DNA of 64,000 nucleotides from Nitrososphaeria archaeon (GCA_027078545.1 JALWXN010000004.1:352001-416000); one strand, 5' to 3'; shown: positions 48,714-58,906, counted from the first letter of the stretch. A program made the numbers and translations. Notes: generated by a model not told the origin, from the sequence alone.

Positions 48714-49269
48714 TAGGAAGCTTCTTAGGGCTGCATATCTACTCCTCGTGAGGCGTAGGAGGTATCCGGGGGTTAGGGAGTGGGAGCTTGAGAAGTATCT
48801 GGGTAGGAATTATAGGGAGGTCCTGGATAGGCTTGGGGAGGAGCTGTCTAGGTTTGGCCTCGAGGTTAGGGAGGTCGTCCTGAAGGAGGGTGGTAGGGAG
48901 GTTAGACACTTCGTCGTAGTACCCGCTAGGACGGCTGTCCATATGGAGCTTGGTGTACCACCCTTCAGGGTTGACGAGGCGGCTGTACTTGCACTGGCTA
49001 TATCCATGATACTTGCGAGTAGTGGTGGCCGGGTCAAGAGGTCCGAGGTCGTGGAGCTGGCTAAGACGAAGCTCCCCGAGTATAGGGTTGAGCGTGCCCT
49101 GAACAAGTTTGTCAGGCTTGGGTATCTGAAGGAGGAGGATGACGACCTGCTGCTAGGCCTGAGGACGTATCTCGAGATGGATCTCGATAGGTTGGCGGCT
49201 ATCCTCGCCGGGAGGGCCGAAGCCTCTCGGCTAGGCGGCGACGCTTCAGCTCGAGAAGGATCTGGGTGA
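48703..49269 (+). CDS. KITE tandem winged-helix protein (Nse1/Nse3-MAGE/ScpB-like)
   Basis: Two WH units; LALAISMIL..GGRV, LNKFVRLGYL, LGLRTYLE similar to Nse1/MAGE GPR..E. Confidence 0.72.
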   Translation: MEGDRKLLRAAYLLLVRRRRYPGVREWELEKYLGRNYREVLDRLGEELSRFGLEVREVVLKEGGREVRHFVVVPARTAVHMELGVPPFRVDEAAVLALAISMILASSGGRVKRSEVVELAKTKLPEYRVERALNKFVRLGYLKEEDDDLLLGLRTYLEMDLDRLAAILAGRAEASRLGGDASAREGSG

Positions 49270-52012
49270 GCCTATCCCCTATCCTAGGCTCCTTCCTCAG
49301 GGCCTCCTCGATGTCGCTCAGTGTTAGTCCCCCCACTACATAGGCGTATATGCCTGGCTTGCCATACCTCCTGTATAGCCTGGAGGTCCTCCTGAGCTCC
49401 CTAAGTATCCTCCCACCCGTCCTCCCCATCCTAGCCATCTCGAGCTCCCTCATCGTCTCGGAGGGTCTCTCCCTGGTTATGCCTACCTCGTCTGAGCCGC
49501 AGACTGGGCAGTGGGGCTGCTCGGGGAGCTCCAACACCCTGGTCTCAACTATGTATTCGCCGCAGGTGAGGCATGCAATCGTTACATATGTCGCTAGGGC
49601 CCTGGCCCTGGTGGCTATCACCTCTAGTAGCTGGTACCTCGGCTTTCTAGGCCCCTCCATGGGGATGTCGCTATACCTGACATACTCCGTCGTCATCCTG
49701 GAGAGGTGTCCGGGGTAGGCTACTAGCCTAATCCCTCCACTGGCTATACCGCGGAGTATCTTCCCAGCCCCTCCCAGGTCGTGGTCCCTCTTCAGGCTCT
49801 CCCTCAGGGCCTCTAGGTATGGTGGCCTACCCCTGTTGTGCTCGATCATGGTGTCGATGAGTTTCTGGGTTATCTCGGCCTCACGTGTTATGAGGCCCAT
49901 CCTCTTCGCGACGTTTAGGAATCTCCACCTGAATATACTGGTTCTGGGGGCGGCCTCCCTCAGAGCCCTCTCTATGTCCCCCGGGTTCCTGAGTATGTCT
50001 ATCACGTGCTCCGGCTCTATGAAGGGGCTCTCAAGTATTATCCTATACTGGTCTGATGAGTGTCTAGCCTGTATAGAGTATCTCTCCTCAAGCTCGTGTA
50101 CCATGTAGGTCTCCAGCGTCCTGTTAGTGTTTGTCCCTCCCAGTATGTTGACGACCAGCCTCGGCCCGTCGGACTCGATGGTTATAACGTCGTCGCTGGG
50201 TATCTCGTAGCCGCTGCCCAGCTCCTCGGCGAATATCTCCAGTGCATGGCTCACCGTCTCAGGGTCTATTGAGTATTCCCTGGATATCGTATCAACAGCC
50301 TCCCTATAGCCAGCCTCTCTATACACTTCTCTGAAGAGCCTTAGTAGCCTCCCCACCTCCTGGGCTATCTCGTAGGGTACTGGTATCTCCTCCCCTATCC
50401 AGTCTGGCACTGCCCCTATAGGGTCGTCCTCGGGCTTGACGAAGACCTTCTCCCCATATATCTGTAGGATCCGCCACGGCCTCCCAGCCAGGATTATCTT
50501 TGTACCCTCCTCCCCAGCCACGGCTAGGAACTCGTCGTCTAGGACGCCTACTATCTTTCCCGATGTGTCGTCGACGACGGGGTACTGCTTGATATCGGGT
50601 ATCATGGATAGGTTCTCGAAGTAGTATCGGTAGAGCCTCTTATGATCCCCTATCTTCAGGGCGTCTCCATCGACCCTCCATATCCTCGTCGCCTCGGCTA
50701 TATACTCCAGGGTCTCCACCAGCTCCTCTATTGATAGGTCTCTATAGTAGACTATGTTTCTCAGGAGCTGGTGTAGCATGGCTATGCTCAGCCTCTTCTC
50801 ACTTATGAGGATCCCCGCCACCTCGTGGACTAGGACGTCTAGGGGCTTGTCTAGGAAGTATATGTCCTCCACCCTCCTGGCGTAGGCGTGGCTCCTGATG
50901 GAGAATGATTCTAGGGCGTCGTAGGGGTCTATAGCCACTATCTCGCCTCTACTCACCTCCTCTATCCAGTGTCCAGCCCTGCCTATCCTCTGTATGAGCT
51001 TCGATACCTGTCGGGGTGAGCCGTACTGGATCACGTATTTTATGTCGCCTATGTCTATCCCCAGCTCCAGGGAGGATGTCGCTACTATCGCCTCTAGCAC
51101 CCCTTTCTTGTAGAGCTCCTCCACCCTTATCCTATACTCCGTACCTATGGAGCTGTGGTGCACAGCTGTCTTCATCTCTTGGGAGTATAGGAGTAGCCTG
51201 TTCCCCAGTATCTCGGCCATGGGCCTGGTGTTGGTGAATATGAGGGTCTTACCCACCTCCCTGATCCTCCCGACTATGTGTCTAACCCTTGCCGCCACTG
51301 CTGGGTATGTATAGAGCTTCTCGGCCAGCTCTACATCCCTCCTGGTGGGCTGTGGATATGATATCCCGACCTCGATCCTCTTCTCCAGGTCGGCCCTGAC
51401 ATAGATACCCTCGCCGTCCAGGCCTGTTATGTACTTCAGGGCCTCCTCGGGATTACCTATGGTTGCTGATAGGCCTATTACCTGTAGATCCCCCTTCCTG
51501 AGCCTCCTAAGCCTCTCGAGGGCTATGGAGAGCTGTACCCCACGCTTGCTGGGTATGAGCTCGTGTAGCTCGTCGACGACTACCCATCTCGCCCTGGCTA
51601 GGTATTGGGAGAAGGTCTTCGTGTTTAGGAGGTATGTGAAGGTCTCGGGCGTGGTGACGAGTATGTCGGGCGGGTTTAGGCCCTGCCTCCTCCTCTCCCT
51701 CTGGGGGGTGTCGCTATGCCTGACGGATATTGAGAGGTCTAGGCGTGAGGCCCACCATATAAGCCTATCAATTATGTCTCTGTTGAGGCTCTTCAGCGGG
51801 GTTATGTAGACTACCTGTATAGGCTCTCCAGGCTCCCTAACCAGCCTGTCGAGTATCGGTATGAATGCGGCCTCGGTCTTCCCACTCCCGGTTGGGGCTA
51901 GTATTAACGTGTCCCTACCGCCTAGGATATGTGGGAGCGCCAGTCTCTGGGGCTCGGTAAGCCTCTCGAAACCCCTCTCCCTTATCAGCCTCTCTATCCT
52001 AGGGTCTAGCAT
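49199..52012 (-). CDS. lhr: Lhr-family SF2 DEAH helicase with C-terminal Zn finger
   Basis: APTGSGKT, TTPET, DELH, KRG, SAT, SSLELGID, QRIGRAGH, P.W.GE, CxxC..CPxC. Confidence 0.93.
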   Translation of the reverse strand: MLDPRIERLIRERGFERLTEPQRLALPHILGGRDTLILAPTGSGKTEAAFIPILDRLVREPGEPIQVVYITPLKSLNRDIIDRLIWWASRLDLSISVRHSDTPQRERRRQGLNPPDILVTTPETFTYLLNTKTFSQYLARARWVVVDELHELIPSKRGVQLSIALERLRRLRKGDLQVIGLSATIGNPEEALKYITGLDGEGIYVRADLEKRIEVGISYPQPTRRDVELAEKLYTYPAVAARVRHIVGRIREVGKTLIFTNTRPMAEILGNRLLLYSQEMKTAVHHSSIGTEYRIRVEELYKKGVLEAIVATSSLELGIDIGDIKYVIQYGSPRQVSKLIQRIGRAGHWIEEVSRGEIVAIDPYDALESFSIRSHAYARRVEDIYFLDKPLDVLVHEVAGILISEKRLSIAMLHQLLRNIVYYRDLSIEELVETLEYIAEATRIWRVDGDALKIGDHKRLYRYYFENLSMIPDIKQYPVVDDTSGKIVGVLDDEFLAVAGEEGTKIILAGRPWRILQIYGEKVFVKPEDDPIGAVPDWIGEEIPVPYEIAQEVGRLLRLFREVYREAGYREAVDTISREYSIDPETVSHALEIFAEELGSGYEIPSDDVITIESDGPRLVVNILGGTNTNRTLETYMVHELEERYSIQARHSSDQYRIILESPFIEPEHVIDILRNPGDIERALREAAPRTSIFRWRFLNVAKRMGLITREAEITQKLIDTMIEHNRGRPPYLEALRESLKRDHDLGGAGKILRGIASGGIRLVAYPGHLSRMTTEYVRYSDIPMEGPRKPRYQLLEVIATRARALATYVTIACLTCGEYIVETRVLELPEQPHCPVCGSDEVGITRERPSETMRELEMARMGRTGGRILRELRRTSRLYRRYGKPGIYAYVVGGLTLSDIEEALRKEPRIGDRLTQILLELKRRRLAERLRPSRRG

Positions 52013-52292
52013 TCCCCCTCTCTACCTTGACGACGTCGACGCTGTGTATCGTCGCTCCATACTCCCTGAGGACCTTCTTTATAACTGCTAGGTCGAGGTC
52101 GTTTCCATACACCTCTACCTTGACGCTCTCTGTGTCCTGGTCTATCTCGACGATCTCGGTCTGTACAGCCTCTATACCATCTACATTCTCGGCCAGGTAT
52201 CTACTCAGCTCCACTATGCTGGGTGTGTGGGGCTTCAGGACGTCTAGGACGAGGTATCTTATCTTTACGCGTTGGTCGGGTGATTCCGCCAC
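51999..52292 (-). CDS. DUF211-family protein
   Basis: LVLDVLKPH.P, GATIHSVD. Confidence 0.9.
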   Translation of the reverse strand: MAESPDQRVKIRYLVLDVLKPHTPSIVELSRYLAENVDGIEAVQTEIVEIDQDTESVKVEVYGNDLDLAVIKKVLREYGATIHSVDVVKVERGNARP

Positions 52293-52345
52293 CCTGTAGT
52301 CTCACCTAATATCTCAATAGTTGTCGGCATAGGTTAAAAGGCTTG

Positions 52346-52942
52346 CTACGTGGGGACTAGGAAGACTGAGACTACTAGGGTGGTCAGTATGCCTATACCC
52401 ACTAGTTTGAGGGATTCTATGAAGATGTTCTTCTTGGCATAGCTCCCTAAGAATAGCCCTAGTATCCCGAGGTAGGCTAGGCAGACAGCTATGGATGTGA
52501 AGAGCGCGGTTGTAAGTTCTAGGAGGCCCATCGTGGATAGGAAGACGGGTATGAGGGCTATCAATACTGAGAGGAAGCTGGATAGCCCGTCCACAAGGCC
52601 TACGTAGAAGATTGCGAATCTCTGGGCCTTCTCATAGATCGTGTTCTTCATATCGGTCAGCATAGAGGCCTCCAGTTCCTGTATAATCCTCTCCCTCTCC
52701 GCCTCCTCCGCTATGCTCGTACCTGTTATCCCCGATATCAATAGGGCTAGGCCGGTGGCTATCCCTACGTCGATCACCTGGGACGCCAGTTTGATATCGG
52801 CTAGTAGGGCGCCCATGACTATGCCTAGGGCGGTCACCGTGCCGTCGAAGCTGTTTATAACGAAGTAGCGTCTAGCCACCTCGTTGGCGTTTGATATCCT
52901 TATGTACTCCAGGTATCTCCTGATCAGTTTGACGAGGGGCAA
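52346..52942 (-). CDS. VIT1/CCC1-like membrane protein (TIGR00267 type)
   Basis: ARRYFVINSFDG, AEEAER..ELE..ML; start approximate. Confidence 0.82.
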   Translation of the reverse strand: MPLVKLIRRYLEYIRISNANEVARRYFVINSFDGTVTALGIVMGALLADIKLASQVIDVGIATGLALLISGITGTSIAEEAERERIIQELEASMLTDMKNTIYEKAQRFAIFYVGLVDGLSSFLSVLIALIPVFLSTMGLLELTTALFTSIAVCLAYLGILGLFLGSYAKKNIFIESLKLVGIGILTTLVVSVFLVPT

Positions 52943-53094
52943 ACCCCCATCCACACCTCCTACGACTCCATAATAATGGCTGGGCCTCCTTTGATAAACC
53001 CCCTCGGCCCTCGGGGTGAATAATATATGTTGTTCCCTATAATTCATCATTAACTAATCAAGCATATACAGTTGGATTGCGAGGTGGTCACTGC

Positions 53095-54354
53095 TTGGCG
53101 GGTATAGACCCATTTGAGGTGGCTGTGGCCCAGCTTGAGAGGGCCGCGGAGTATATGGAGATATCGGATGAGGCGCTGGAGTTCCTCAAGAGGCCGATGA
53201 GGATCCTAGAGGTCTCCGTGCCGGTCAAGATGGATGACGGGAGTGTCAAGGTCTTCCCAGGCTTCAGGGTACAGTATAACTGGGCCCTCGGCCCCACCAA
53301 GGGTGGTATCAGGTTCCACCCGGAGGAGACCCTCAGCACGGTTAAGGCCCTGGCTGCCTGGATGACGTGGAAGACCTCTGTGATGGGCCTCCCATACGGC
53401 GGTGGTAAGGGAGGGGTAGTGGTCAATCCTAAGGAGCTTAGTAGGAGGGAGCTTGAGAGCCTGAGTAGGAGCTATATAAGGGCTATCTACGAGGTTATCA
53501 GCCCCTACACCGATATACCTGCTCCGGACGTCTATACCAATCCACAGATAATGGCGTGGATGCTGGATGAGTATGAATGGATCTCGCGCCGGAGGGATCC
53601 CAGCTTCGGCGTGATCACTGGTAAGCCGCTCTCCATAGGGGGTAGTGTGGGTAGGATCGACGCTACGAGTAGGGGTGCTGTATACACGATTAGGGAGGCT
53701 GCCAAGAGGCTTGGGATGGAGCTAAGGGGCGCCTCGATAGCTATACAGGGCTATGGAAACGCTGGCTACTACCTGGCTAAGCTTGCTCCGGAGATACTGG
53801 GTATGAAGGTCGTGGCGGTGAGCGACTCTAAGGGTGGGATATACATGCCCGATGGGATCGATGCTGATAAGGTATTGGAGTGGAAGCGGGAGACGGGTAG
53901 TGTCAAGGACTTCCCAGGGGCCACCAACATAACGAATGAGGAGCTCCTGGAGCTGGAGGTCGATGTACTAGCCCCTGCAGCGATTGAGAACGTGATAACA
54001 GGTGAGAACGCTGACAAGGTGAAGGCGAAGCTGGTTGCAGAGGTTGCGAATGGCCCAGTCACCCCGGAGGCGGATAAGATCCTCTTCGAGAAGGGTGTGT
54101 TCCAGATACCGGACTTCCTCTGCAACGCTGGTGGCGTGACGGTCTCCTACTTCGAATGGGTCCAGAACATCAATGGGTTCTACTGGGATGAGGAGATGGT
54201 GTATAGCAGGCTGGACATGATGATGACGAGGGCCTTCAACAAGGTATATGAGAAGCACCAGGAGAAGAAGATCCATATGAGGGACGCTGCATACGTGGTT
54301 GCTGTGGAGCGGGTCTACAGGGCTATGCTGGATAGGGGCTGGGTAAGTAAGTAG
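53095..54354 (+). CDS. gdhA: Glutamate dehydrogenase
   Basis: [53 protein letters not shown]. Confidence 0.97.
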   Translation: MAGIDPFEVAVAQLERAAEYMEISDEALEFLKRPMRILEVSVPVKMDDGSVKVFPGFRVQYNWALGPTKGGIRFHPEETLSTVKALAAWMTWKTSVMGLPYGGGKGGVVVNPKELSRRELESLSRSYIRAIYEVISPYTDIPAPDVYTNPQIMAWMLDEYEWISRRRDPSFGVITGKPLSIGGSVGRIDATSRGAVYTIREAAKRLGMELRGASIAIQGYGNAGYYLAKLAPEILGMKVVAVSDSKGGIYMPDGIDADKVLEWKRETGSVKDFPGATNITNEELLELEVDVLAPAAIENVITGENADKVKAKLVAEVANGPVTPEADKILFEKGVFQIPDFLCNAGGVTVSYFEWVQNINGFYWDEEMVYSRLDMMMTRAFNKVYEKHQEKKIHMRDAAYVVAVERVYRAMLDRGWVSK

Positions 54355-54407
54355 TGTCTCAGCCCCATAATCTTTAAATTATTCACCTTTTTAATACTAT
54401 TAATGGT

Positions 54408-55175
54408 ATGAATGTCAAGCTACCTAAGGAGCTGGTGGAGAAGTTTAGGAGCCTTGGGCTAAGCCCCAACGAGATAAAGGTGTATCTACTCCTGATTAGC
54501 CAGGGCCCCCTCACTGCTAAGGAGATCTCGGACTATGCGATGGTCCCCTTCAGCAAGATCTATATGATCCTTAATAGCCTGGAGAAGAAGGGGTGGATAA
54601 CCTCCTCGGTGGGGAGGCCGATAAAGTATAGTGCCCGTGCGCCGCAGGAGGCTGTGGAGATTGTCAGGAAGAATCTTGAGAGGAGTATGAATGAGGCTGC
54701 TGAGTACATAGCTAAGGAGCTCCAGCCGATATATGAGAGGATGAGCGTCTCTGTCCAGCCCAACATCCTACTCTTCTACGGCGAGCCGAACATCTCGATG
54801 AAGATGGTGGATGTGATACTCAATAGTAGGAAGGAGTTGATGCTGGCTATCCATCATAGGCTGGATACATTGTTCGAATACTCTTCACGCCTATCGAGCA
54901 TGGCGAATGTCCTTAAGAATAGGCCTAGGATCAGGGTCCTAGTCTCGAAGAACCTCGTCGATGAGGTTATGCCCCTCATTACTATTGGGGCCGAGGTGAG
55001 GTATAGGGAGGAGATGTATGGAGGCGGTGCGATCGCTGATGATAGGGAGGCGATCATCATCCTGGACAAGGGTGATGTATACTCCACGGCTATATGGTCG
55101 ACCCACCACAGCCTGATAGAGCTGGCTAAGGCGTATTTCGATAAGCTCTGGGAGAAGTCTAAGGTCGTCTCGTGA
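54408..55175 (+). CDS. TrmB-family transcriptional regulator
   Basis: LGLSPNEIKVY..KIY..L.SLEKKG..GRP..Y; C-terminal effector domain. Confidence 0.9.
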   Translation: MNVKLPKELVEKFRSLGLSPNEIKVYLLLISQGPLTAKEISDYAMVPFSKIYMILNSLEKKGWITSSVGRPIKYSARAPQEAVEIVRKNLERSMNEAAEYIAKELQPIYERMSVSVQPNILLFYGEPNISMKMVDVILNSRKELMLAIHHRLDTLFEYSSRLSSMANVLKNRPRIRVLVSKNLVDEVMPLITIGAEVRYREEMYGGGAIADDREAIIILDKGDVYSTAIWSTHHSLIELAKAYFDKLWEKSKVVS

Positions 55176-55852
55176 TCCTTATGGCGTTATCGGCCAAGGT
55201 TTTTAGACTGGCGGAGCCCCTCCCCCAGGATGTTATATATGATAAGCTTGTCCACCACAGGGTTGTTGAGGAGGTTGAGGGGGTTAGGCTGGAGAGGTTC
55301 TTCAGGAACGTGGCTAGGGTTGGGGATAGCCTGAGGGCTGAGTATGTCTTTGACGAGCCTGTGGAGATGGATGTGGCTGGGGAGGCTAGGCTCCTCCCAC
55401 GTAGGAGGTATGCCCCCATAGCCTTCGTCGAGTATCAGGGTGTTATGTACCTCATAGTCCTGGAGAAGAGGTTCCGTGCCAATAGGATCGCCCTCGAGAT
55501 TAGTGAGATACTCTTCATATCCCGGGATAGGGTCTTGGAGGCCTATACCACCCATGAGATCCTTAAGAGCCTCCATGAGTCGAGCCCTGAGAGTACCCGT
55601 GTAATTTACTTTGACAACGTGGATATCCCCAATGTTAAGAAGCTTGCCCTGTATGGCGAGGCCTTGGCGGATACTGATCTCTATAGCCAGTATCTTAGGC
55701 ATGGCCTGATATGGTATGTGGTCTTCCAGCATAGGGAGACTGGCTATATAGTGGGTATAACTAGGAACATGATCGTGGTTATGTTTACTAAGGCGACGTC
55801 GGACGAGTTTATAGACTTTATAGTTGACCATGTAATCCCGCTGGTTAGGTAG
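55172..55852 (+). CDS. Hypothetical protein
   Basis: Overlaps the TrmB stop; typical codon usage. Confidence 0.7.
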   Translation: MILMALSAKVFRLAEPLPQDVIYDKLVHHRVVEEVEGVRLERFFRNVARVGDSLRAEYVFDEPVEMDVAGEARLLPRRRYAPIAFVEYQGVMYLIVLEKRFRANRIALEISEILFISRDRVLEAYTTHEILKSLHESSPESTRVIYFDNVDIPNVKKLALYGEALADTDLYSQYLRHGLIWYVVFQHRETGYIVGITRNMIVVMFTKATSDEFIDFIVDHVIPLVR

Positions 55853-55923
55853 GCGGCTTATATAGGTACATATTGGTATATCCATAGTGTTTTCCCCACT
55901 CCCCGCCGTGAAGGGTGTAGTAG

Positions 55924-57144
55924 ATGGTCATCCCACCCTCCTCTAGATATAGGTCTTATAGGGATGTGCTGGATGACCTCCCGGGCAGGAAGGTTCTATG
56001 TAGGATTGATATCAACCTGCCCGTCGGTAGGGATGGGAGGGTAGAGAGTTTCTATAAGGCTAGAAGGCATCTAGAGACGACTATCGAGGTCTTGGGTGAC
56101 TCGGCCCTCGTCCTCATGTCCCACCAGGGGAGGGTGGGTGACGACAACTTCATATCTATGGAGCAGCATGCGGAGTGGTTCTCGGAGAGGCTTGGGGATA
56201 GGTTTAAATATGTGGCCGATGTTATCGGGGAGAAGGCTTTGGAGATGATAAGGGGGCTGAGGCCTGGCGAGGTCCTCCTCCTCGATAATGTGAGGCTGTT
56301 GGCCGAGGAGACTTTGAAGGCTGATGTGGATAAGCTTGGGGAGACGATCTTCGTATCCCGCCTCGCACCGCTCTTCGACTACTTCATCAACGATGCTTTT
56401 GGTGCTCTGCATAGGGCGCATACATCACTGGTGGGCTTCGTGCCTAGGCTCCCCTCCTATATGGGCCCATTAGTGGAGGAGGAGCTTGGGGTCCTGGAGA
56501 CCGTACTCTCTGGGGAGGAGAGCTGCGCCTTCATCCTTGGCGGGGCTAAGCCGGAGACTAAGATCAGGGTTATGAGGAATATCCTAGCCTCCAACCCCAA
56601 CTCCGTCTTCCTTCTCGGCGGTGCCATCGCGAACCTTTTCCTCACGGTGTATGGGAGTATACCCAAGAGTGTGGCTAACGAGATGATGAGGGGTGTTAAT
56701 AGGGGGATCATTAGGGAGTGTATGGAGATTGTGGAGGCCTATGGCGATAGGATCTACCTCCCGAGGGACTTCAGGATGGTTGTCGATGGGGAGGTTGTTG
56801 AGAAGCCTGTCTCTAGGATGAGGCCTGGTGATAGGCCCGAGGATATTGGTTCGGAGACTGTTGAGAGGTATATAGAGGTGTTGAGGGGGTTTGACAAGGT
56901 CATGGTTAATGGGCCGCTAGGCATTATTGAGAATCCTCTCACGAGGTGGGGGACTGAGCAGATACTCCTATTCCTCGCCGGGGAGTCTGGCATGTATAGG
57001 GTGGCTGGAGGGGGGCATATAGTCCTCGCCCTTGAGAGGCTTGGGGTGATTGATAGCTTCAACTATGTCAGTACCGGTGGGGGTAGCCTCCTGACCCTAT
57101 TGTCTGGTGAGGAGCCCCTCGCCCTCAAGCTACTCTCTAGATAG
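55924..57144 (+). CDS. pgk: Phosphoglycerate kinase (archaeal type)
   Basis: RIDINLP, SHQGR, NDAFGALHR, LGGAK, NGPLG, GGGH, STGGG. Confidence 0.96.
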   Translation: MVIPPSSRYRSYRDVLDDLPGRKVLCRIDINLPVGRDGRVESFYKARRHLETTIEVLGDSALVLMSHQGRVGDDNFISMEQHAEWFSERLGDRFKYVADVIGEKALEMIRGLRPGEVLLLDNVRLLAEETLKADVDKLGETIFVSRLAPLFDYFINDAFGALHRAHTSLVGFVPRLPSYMGPLVEEELGVLETVLSGEESCAFILGGAKPETKIRVMRNILASNPNSVFLLGGAIANLFLTVYGSIPKSVANEMMRGVNRGIIRECMEIVEAYGDRIYLPRDFRMVVDGEVVEKPVSRMRPGDRPEDIGSETVERYIEVLRGFDKVMVNGPLGIIENPLTRWGTEQILLFLAGESGMYRVAGGGHIVLALERLGVIDSFNYVSTGGGSLLTLLSGEEPLALKLLSR

Positions 57145-57501
57145 CTCCCTAGCCACTATCTCCTCTGGGAGCCTATCCCTATACTTCTCGATGAACCTCT
57201 TGATAACCTTCTTAGGCCTGTATCTCCCCCGGTGCATGATGGCTATCATGTCTATTATTGGGTACCACTCTCCACACTCTGGGCATGTGTAGTACCCGTC
57301 GATGATCTCTATCTTCATACACTCGTCGCATGGCGGGTCTACTATCTCGCCATTCCTCTTGTCTAGGTAGGCGCAGTATGAGTCGCATGGCTCTACCTTG
57401 ATATCCCTGTCTGGGTATACCCTCTTCTCGAGGATGGTTAGTCTTAGTGGGTGTGCCTTACAGGCGGGGCATATCAGGTAGTTGCTCAGCCTGTGCTTCA
57501 C
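57130..57501 (-). CDS. Trm112-family methyltransferase activator (Zn-containing, long form)
   Basis: LICPACK.HPL..EIIDG..CPECGEWYPIID.I. Confidence 0.85.
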   Translation of the reverse strand: MKHRLSNYLICPACKAHPLRLTILEKRVYPDRDIKVEPCDSYCAYLDKRNGEIVDPPCDECMKIEIIDGYYTCPECGEWYPIIDMIAIMHRGRYRPKKVIKRFIEKYRDRLPEEIVARELSRE

Positions 57502-58381
57502 CAATCCTATTCACCACCGTCTTATATGCTAGGTAGATGAGGTATATCCCGCCTATCGCGAGGGTGGCTATGAAGATTAGGAGTGTATAGAGCGTGACGA
57601 CCGGGTTTACGTTTATCCCCGGCTCTGTGGCGAATCCTATCGATAGGAGGTAGACGTTGAAGAAGGCGTGTCCAAGCACGGCGCTGGAGAATCCATACCT
57701 GATGTATAGGTGGCCGAGGTAGATGCCTGCGAGTGTGGCTGTGGATATCTTCCCCACGTCCCATCCGCTCCCGGCTAGTGGGTGGGCTAGGCCGAATAGG
57801 AATGCCTGGATAGCCACAACCATGTAGAGGATCCTTATCTTGCTGGGGTCTCCATGGGCGGTGTATGGGTGTAGGAGGGCCCTCACGAGGTTCTGCCCGC
57901 CTCCCTGCTCGAGGAGTAGGGCTGATATGACACCTATCACCATCACCCTGAAGCCTATCTCCTCGGCTATCGTGGCCTGCATGGCTGAGAGCATGAATGT
58001 ATAGTTGCTCTCTATCTCGAGCATCCCCGTCTCTATCCCTACGCTTGACTGGAGCCACTCTATGAGGAGCACCGCTACCAAGGTGGCTGAGCCTAGTAGA
58101 AAGACCTTTGTTATGGGCCTGTCCCCGTCCACCTCCCTTACCGTGTCGTATATCGTCATAGCGGCGAATATGCCTATGAGTATTAATGCTAGGCTCGTCC
58201 CGCTCATCGGTATGGGTATGACTATTGGTAGGATGCCTATGTAGACTGGGAAGCCCCTTATGAAGATGTCGGTCATCCCCTCGCTTATCCTGAGGAGGCT
58301 TAGTATGTAGGGTGGGAGTATAGCCACGCCTAAAAAGTATATAGCCCCGAATACGTAGGCGAGTATATCCCTATCCCTCAT
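57458..58381 (-). CDS. CPBP (Abi/Rce1-like) intramembrane metalloprotease
   Basis: EEIGFR, FGLAH, GH..FN. Confidence 0.9.
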   Translation of the reverse strand: MRDRDILAYVFGAIYFLGVAILPPYILSLLRISEGMTDIFIRGFPVYIGILPIVIPIPMSGTSLALILIGIFAAMTIYDTVREVDGDRPITKVFLLGSATLVAVLLIEWLQSSVGIETGMLEIESNYTFMLSAMQATIAEEIGFRVMVIGVISALLLEQGGGQNLVRALLHPYTAHGDPSKIRILYMVVAIQAFLFGLAHPLAGSGWDVGKISTATLAGIYLGHLYIRYGFSSAVLGHAFFNVYLLSIGFATEPGINVNPVVTLYTLLIFIATLAIGGIYLIYLAYKTVVNRIGEAQAEQLPDMPRL

Positions 58382-58544
58382 CCCTCAGCTCCTCCTCATC
58401 TATCTGTAGCTCCATATAGACTGGGCCCTGGTATCCACAGTCCTCGCAGAAATAGTTCTCTGGGAGTAGCCATCCATCGAAGCTGGAGGATCTCCTGATG
58501 TTTGTGGATCCACATATTGGGCAGGCCTTGACCCTGATGACCAT
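58371..58544 (-). CDS. Small zinc-ribbon protein (57 aa), absent from the ORF track
   Basis: MVIRVKACPICGSTNIRRSSSFDGWLLPENYFCEDCGYQGPVYMELQIDEEELRDEG; ATG overlaps the aIF1 stop (TAATG). Confidence 0.85.
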   Translation of the reverse strand: MVIRVKACPICGSTNIRRSSSFDGWLLPENYFCEDCGYQGPVYMELQIDEEELRDEG

Positions 58545-58849
58545 TAGAGCACCTCGATCTGATCCTTTGAGAATCCTAGCTTGACGAGTATGTCTGGGAC
58601 GGTGTCCCTATGATCCCCAAGGAGGATTATCTTGCCATCCTTTACCGAGCCTCCACAGGCCAGGGTCTTCTTCAGCTTCTTAGCTATCTCGTTGAGGTTG
58701 TGGTGCTTCCCATCTATACCCTCGATTATCGTGGCTGGCTTGTTGTAGCGCCTCCTCTCCACCCTGATCTTGATCTTCTCTAGCTCGGTGTCTAGCGTGG
58801 TACATACGCAGAGATCCTTGGGGAGTCCGCATACCGGGCAGTTCTCCAT
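58544..58849 (-). CDS. sui1: Translation initiation factor aIF1 (SUI1)
   Basis: CPVCGLPKDLCVC, KKLKKTLACGGSVKDG.I.L.GDHR. Confidence 0.95.
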   Translation of the reverse strand: MENCPVCGLPKDLCVCTTLDTELEKIKIRVERRRYNKPATIIEGIDGKHHNLNEIAKKLKKTLACGGSVKDGKIILLGDHRDTVPDILVKLGFSKDQIEVL

Positions 58850-58906
58850 AGTCCCCCTTATCACCTTTTGTCAATTATAAATTCGGGATACAGATGATAT
58901 AAATAC

